Shown piece by piece: positions 54,728 through 64,000 of a stretch of 64,000 nt of DNA (position 1 is its first letter; each line of letters opens with the position of its first letter). The position numbers and the translations under genes were made by a program. The stretch lies in assembly GCF_009914755.1 (NCBI RefSeq), contig NC_060933.1; one strand, written 5' to 3'. Below the pieces are notes generated by a model that made no database searches, was not told where the DNA came from, and worked only from the letters and a program-made list of their open reading frames with translations. This DNA is from the human T2T-CHM13v2.0 reference genome, Homo sapiens.

Positions 54728-55480
54728 TCAGGAGGCTGAGGCAAGATGGTTAATTGCTTGAACCCAAGGTAGAGGTTGCAGTGAGCTGAGATTGTGCCAC
54801 TGCACTCCAGCCTGGGCAACAGAGCAAGACTCCATCTCGGAAAAAAAAACAAAACAAAACACAAGTACATTACTGGCTGCCAGGGACTAGCAGGGAAAAT
54901 GGAAGTGACTGATTAGTGGGTTAGAGGGTTTTTTTGAGATGATGAAAATATTCTGGGGGCTGGGCTCAGTGGCTCATGCCTGTAATCCCAGCACTTTGGG
55001 AGGCTGAGACGGGTCAATCATTTGAGCCCAGGAGTTCAAGATCAGCCCGGGCAACATGGTGAAATCCCATTTCTACAAAAAAAAAAAATATAAAAATTAG
55101 ACGGGTGTGGTGTCCCAGCCACATGAGAGGCTGAGGTGGGAGGATCACTTGAGCCTGGGGTGGTCAAGGCTACAGTGAGCTGAGATTGTTCGACTGCACT
55201 CCAGCTTGGGCAACAAAGTGAGACCCTGTCTCAAAAAAAAATAAAAGAAAAAGTTCAAGAACTAGATAGTGATGATGACTGCACAACATTGTAAATGTAC
55301 TAAATGCCACTGAGTTATATACTTTGCAATAACTGAAATTGTGAATTTTATGTTACATGCATTTCACCACAATAAAAAAAAATGGAGGAAAAAGATAAGG
55401 AATTTAAAGAACTATTATTATAATGAAAAAGAATGACAGGAAGGAGGTTTCAAAGAGAAAAAAATAAATAAATAACCAAC

Positions 55481-55583
55481 CTGGAAGTGAAGCAGGATAC
55501 TGACAAAGAATACTCTTTGCATACACTTCTTCTGAGGCAGGATCAAACGAAAGGGGAGACATTGGTGGTAAAAGATCTACAGA
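55481..55583 (-). CDS. HAUS6: HAUS6 exon (SVDLLPPMSPLSFDPASEEVYAKSILCQYPASLP), 103 nt
   Basis: ag acceptor at 55584-55585; gttggt donor; frame continuous. Confidence 0.92.
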
Positions 55584-55716
55584 CTTAAAACAGAAAATTC
55601 ACAATTTTGAAGTAAACATATTTGCTAACTACCACAATAACAATGCTGAGTTAATCTATGAATAGATTATCTCTCAATAAGAAAGTCAGAATTACCAAGA
55701 ATGTATCAGATAACTA

Positions 55717-57011
<1,295 letters not shown>

Positions 57012-57053
57012 GGTGGGTGGCGGGGAGGGCAGGGGCAAGTCAACATTACTTAC

Positions 57054-57180
57054 TGGAGTCCAACCTTTAATTAGACTGAAAGGAGACAAACCAAGAAATT
57101 CTTTCCACTTTTTATGCCATTCTCCTTGCTTTTCAACAACAGAATGTCTTATAGTTGTGAGATCATCTTTTATTCTATAC
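57054..57180 (-). CDS. HAUS6: HAUS6 exon ((R)YRIKDDLTTIRHSVVEKQGEWHKKWKEFLGLSPFSLIKGWTP), 127 nt
   Basis: ag/gtaagt boundaries; frame continuous. Confidence 0.93.
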
Positions 57181-57370
57181 CTATAATAGCATAAAAAAAC
57201 TTTATTCAAAAGATGATACAAAAAAAGCACTGAGTAAAATTTAAGAAAATAACAATAGTTGTAGAGAAGTGGAAGGAAATAGAAGTGAAAGTTCAATCAA
57301 TATACCACATATAAATTAAATAAACTCTCACAGGTGAATATTCAGAACCTAAAATACCTTTCTCTTTTTA

Positions 57371-59075
<1,705 letters not shown>

Positions 59076-59354
59076 CTTTCCTAAGGTTTTAAGATTAGAC
59101 CCAACAAAAGAAAACTACAGAAAAGCTAAAATTATTTCACAAAAAAATTATTCAGGGCAAATCATTTATTCCATTAATTTTCCTTTTCCTTTCTGCTTCA
59201 TGTATATCTCCAAGAGTTGATTATGTAAGGTTTTTGAGTATTAGAATTCTCATACTTGTTTGCCAAAGCTGAAGAGCTATTAAACTTATACAAGTTTTGT
59301 TGAGAAAACCACCCTACTCCTCCCACAGTAAAATAACAGATCTTTTTAGTGTAC

Positions 59355-59548
59355 CTCATATGTTTCAGATCTGATAATCTTTCCTTCTGAAATTTGGTCT
59401 CTTTTTCAAGGTAGTGAAGGTCTACCGTCAATCTTGCTTGATCAGCCTGACAACGTTCATATTTCATCACCTTCAAGACTTCATTTAATAACTGAATAAC
59501 TGTTAAGAGGTTCAGTTTTCCAGCCTCATAAACATTTCCTATGTGCAA
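59355..59548 (-). CDS. HAUS6: HAUS6 exon (LHIGNVYEAGKLN ... LSDLKHM(R)), 194 nt
   Basis: ag acceptor at 59549-59550; gtacac donor. Confidence 0.93.
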
Positions 59549-59660
59549 CTAAGGAATCAGGAGGAGAAAAAAATTGGTGAACTATAGGTTGTTACAACAA
59601 ACTATTACATAAAAATATTTATGTTTTTTACTATTAAAGTTTACCTTAAAGAAGAGGGAA

Positions 59661-61646
<1,986 letters not shown>

Positions 61647-61733
61647 ATTCTGAAAGCAGAAGAACATTGCAAGAAAATATACAATTACATGATAAGAGTT
61701 TTCTCAAAAGCTTCCTTAATATCAAATGCTTAC

Positions 61734-61904
61734 CTGAAACATTTGTTTCTCAATTTTGTCAAGTAAGAGCCTTGGAATATTAATAGCAACATTAGTTCCA
61801 TCTAAAGCATATTGGTTAACAAGACTAAGGACCGAACTAACAACTTCTCTCTCTTTTTCCAAAAACATGAGCGTTTCATTCACTGAAGCCCACAAAGACC
61901 GAAC
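61734..61904 (-). CDS. HAUS6: HAUS6 exon (VRSLWASVNETLMF ... IEKQMFQ), 171 nt; most 5' exon in the window (probably exon 8 of 17)
   Basis: ag/gtaagc boundaries; 57 codons; HAUS augmin-like complex subunit 6 peptide recognised; exon number from memory. Confidence 0.94.
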
Positions 61905-62139
61905 CTTTGGAAACAGAAACAAAATATTAAAGTCCACACATAATCTGTACATATTTTAAAAATGTAAATGTATGTTCACTCTTAGTAACAAATTTCCTAG
62001 AATGATTTCTAGTAAGAAAATTAAATAATTATACTTTAATAGTTTAAAAGTCCCTTTGGATATTATTTCCAAAGGGAATTTTTAAAAAAATGTATCAGGA
62101 GAATCTAGCTCACTATAATTTTCAAACAAATCTAAGAAT

Positions 62140-63945
<1,806 letters not shown>

Positions 63946-64000
63946 AAATATCTCTGACATGTTGTATGGCAAGGTAAAGTTGTTCCCAAAGGAAGACTCA

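Overview
Human (primate) genomic DNA, recognisably the SAXO1-RRAGA-HAUS6 locus (9p22). An AluYb8 with its diagnostic 7-bp duplication points to human origin. From left to right: (1) SAXO1/FAM154A intron 1 and coding exon 1 (minus strand, MKTKCICELCSCG). The intron holds an LTR12 solo LTR and a PSMC3 processed pseudogene inserted into the linker of an Alu. (2) A repeat-dense interval: a full THE1A provirus with a nested L1, L1PA/L1MA pieces and many Alus. (3) A CpG-island promoter, probably bidirectional, driving the intronless RagA GTPase gene RRAGA (+). (4) The 3' ten exons and 3.2-kb 3'UTR of HAUS6 (-), convergent with RRAGA, with the intronic scaRNA SCARNA8/U92. The exons splice in frame at GT-AG sites. 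I found no convincing wholly new multi-gene system. The best unexplained signals are a perfect 120-bp tandem duplication, a 54-bp templated copy fused to an aberrant Alu, an orphan 3'UTR-like insert, a stop-free in-frame RRAGA 5'UTR and an internal in-frame splice acceptor in a HAUS6 exon. Repeat subfamily calls and exon numbers are from recognition or memory, not from a search.
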